Of a stretch of 64,000 nucleotides of DNA, positions 61,520 to 64,000 are shown in pieces. Both the position numbers and the translations under genes were made by a program. How positions within the stretch are numbered: position 1 is the stretch's first letter; each line of letters opens with the position of its first letter. The notes under the pieces were generated by a model, which saw nothing but the letters and a program-made list of their open reading frames with translations, was not told the origin of the DNA and did no database searches. Origin of the DNA: an uncultured Gemmatimonadaceae bacterium (lineage in GTDB: Bacteria; Gemmatimonadota; Gemmatimonadetes; Gemmatimonadales; Gemmatimonadaceae); the NCBI GenBank assembly GCA_963761305.1, contig CAVXGK010000002.1, forward strand, positions 2,336,001 to 2,400,000, written 5' to 3'.

Positions 61520-64000
61520 ATGTCCCCCCAGCGGATCGCGCGTCGCACCCGAATGCTGTTTCTACCGATGGTCTACCGATGGCTCTGCCCATCGCTCTGT
61601 TCGCCGCCGCCTCGGCCGCGGCGCAACACGCGCCCGCCGGCGCAGCGTCGTCGCTCCCGACACCCGAGTCGGTGTTCGGGTTTTCCGTCGGCGCCGACTA
61701 CAAGCTTTTCACATACGACCAATCGATCGACTACTTCCATAAGCTCGCCGCGGCGAGCAACCGGATTCGTCTGATCACCGTCGGCAAAACAGCATATGGA
61801 AAGACCTGGACGGCGGCGATCATCTCCTCGCCGGCCAACCTCGCTCGGCTCGACAAGATCCGCGAGAACAACATGCGCCTCGCGCATCCCGGCGAATCTC
61901 ACCGACGCGCAAGCGCGCGACCTCGCGCGCCAGGGACGCGCGATCGTCGACATAAGCGGCGGGCTGCACGCGTCGGAGATCGCCGGGTCGCAGCACACGC
62001 CGCAGGTCGCCTACGAACTGCTGTCGCGCGCCGGCGAGCCGGAGATGAAGACGATCCTCGACAGCGTCGTGTTCTTCCTCTGGCCGTCGATCAATCCCGA
62101 CGGACAGGACATCGTCGTGAACTGGTGCCGTGCCAACGAGCCGGATCCAGAGCACAACACCCGCGGCGTGCCGATGGAGCTGTACGAGAAATACGTCGGC
62201 CACGACAACAACCGCGATTCATACATGCTGAACGTCATCGAGTCGCGCGTCATTCAGCGCACGTGGCGCGAGTGGGAGCCGGACGTGATCTACGTGCAGC
62301 ACCAATCGTCGCCGTTTCCGACGCGCATCTGGATTCCGCCGTTCGCCGATCCGGTCGGATTCCGCGTGCCGCCGATCATGGCGCGCGAGGTGAACGCGAT
62401 CGGCACGCGCATCGCCGAGCAGCTCGACGCCAACGGAATGCCGGGCGCCGTGTCGCAGCTCGAGACGTACGACGCGTGGTACCCGGGCTACATCGACTAC
62501 ATGCCGATGTACCAGAACATCCCGGCGTGGTGGACGGAGACACAGGGCGGCGACTGCGCCAGGCCGCGCACGTCGACGGTCGCCGACCTGCCGGCCGACT
62601 ACGCCGACCTGCGCCCGACGTCGCTCTACTCGAGCCCGTGGGCCGAGGGCAAATGGGGTCTGCGCGACGCGGTGAACTATATGGTAAGCGCTGACCTCAC
62701 CACGCTCGACTACGCGGCGCGGTTCAAGTCGGAGCTGCTCTACAACCGCTATCAGGCGGCGCGAAACACGATTCAGCAATTCAAGACGAGCGCGCCGTAC
62801 GCCTACTTCATCTCGCAGGACCAGCACGACCGCGTGGCGCCCGTCGAGCTGCTGCGGCGCCTGGCGTTCATGGGCGTCCACGTGCGACAGCTGAGCAAAG
62901 ACGTTTCCTATGGAGGGGCGTCGTACCCCAAGGGAACCTGGGTCATCCCGATGGACCAGGAGTACGCGCAGCTCGTTCGAGAGCTGTTCGAGCCGCAGAA
63001 GTATCCCGAGTCGGGCTCTGACCCGACGCCGTACGACGCTGCCGGATGGACGCTTCCCTTCCAGATGGACGTCAACGTCGTCGAGGGGAAATCGCCGCTC
63101 ACCGACGACATCCGCGCCGCACTCGCGCCGCTGCATGGGACGCCGGTCGACTGGCACACCGATCCCAACGAGCCGCTCACGACAAACGCCGAGGCGGCGG
63201 GCATCGTCCCGGCACCGGGCGGTATCACGGGATCAGGCGACGCGCTGTTGCTCGATCCGGCGCAGAACAACTCGTTCAAGCTGATCAACCGCGCGCTCGC
63301 GGCCGGCGCGTCGCTGCACTTCTCGGCGGCAGCCGGTGGACAGCCGGCGCGTTACGTCGTGACCGGGCTCGACGCCTCGAAGGCGGACGCGTGGGCGAAG
63401 GAACTCTGGGTCACCGCCGAGCGAACGTCGTCGCCGCCGGCGTCGGTGAACACGGCAACTCGCATCGCGCTGTTCAAGTCGCAGCCCGGCGTGATGGACG
63501 AAGGGTGGACGGAGTGGCTCTTCGACACGTACGGCGCGAAGTACACGCTCATCACGCCCACCGATCTTCACAGCGGAAACTTGGCCAGCCGGTTCGACGC
63601 GATCGTCGTCGGATCGCAGAACGTGGGTGGTCGCGGCGGCCGCGGCGGTGGAGGTGGAGGAGGCGGCGGTGGACGCGGGGGGCGCGGCGGCGCCGCGCCG
63701 GACAGTTCGGCGGTGGAAGAGCAGCGCGCGCTCGATGAATTCGTGAAGGCGGGTGGAACCGTGGTGGCGTGGAATCAGGGCGCCTCATCGCTCGTCAACA
63801 CGCTGCGGCTTCCAGTGCGAAACGTGGTCGCCGGCCTCAGTCGAAAGGACTTCTTCACCGGCGGATCGATCATGCAGGTCATCACCGATCCGACGCATCC
63901 GGTGATGTCGGGAATGCCCGAGCACGCGGACGTGATGGTCTTCAATAGTCCCGTGTTCACGACGCTCGACGGATTCGAGGGCGCGGTGATCGCCAAATAC
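61520..64000 (+). CDS. M14-family zinc carboxypeptidase (secreted), 3' truncated by window; frame breaks at about 61572 and 61889
   Basis: GAGGAG then ATG 61520; GLHASE (HxxE), INPDG, YVGHDNNRD, HQS and PYDAAGWTLP read in the frame open from about 61890 to the window end. Confidence 0.85.

Overview
High-GC bacterial chromosome segment. Gene content and style (SusC/SusD pair, GRGG-rich secreted peptidases, PSP1-metG, F1-only atp block, LPS kdtA) suggest Gemmatimonadota; this is an inference. Housekeeping content: oppD/oppF, a POT transporter, lipA-pdhABC-lpdA-lipB, a UvrD helicase, dnaE-accA-PSP1-metG, TPM-NTase-lemA, dsbA-kdtA, atpAGDC, a sigma-70 factor and five tRNAs (Ala, Gly, Val, Arg, Pro). 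There is also a 1027-aa surface lipoprotein and a peptide-foraging cluster (M28, S9, SusC/SusD, M14). Single-base frameshifts in dnaE, mlaF, S9, M14 and susC/susD mostly look like long-read consensus errors. The most striking unexplained structure is non-coding. About 20 short arrays of an octamer (GTCCACCN / NGGTGGAC) show strict polarity: the C-rich form abuts start codons or a tRNA 5' end, the G-rich form follows stop codons, and the two often pair into hairpins or are translated in frame. A second family of nested palindromes (AACGCAGATGCCGCAGAT...ATCTGCGGCATCTGCGTT) lies beside duplicated gene 3' ends. A lone four-helix-bundle (23S-IVP/bAvd-like) gene sits directly next to copies of both families and is a candidate trans-acting partner. 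No CRISPR, transposase, integrase or reverse transcriptase was seen.
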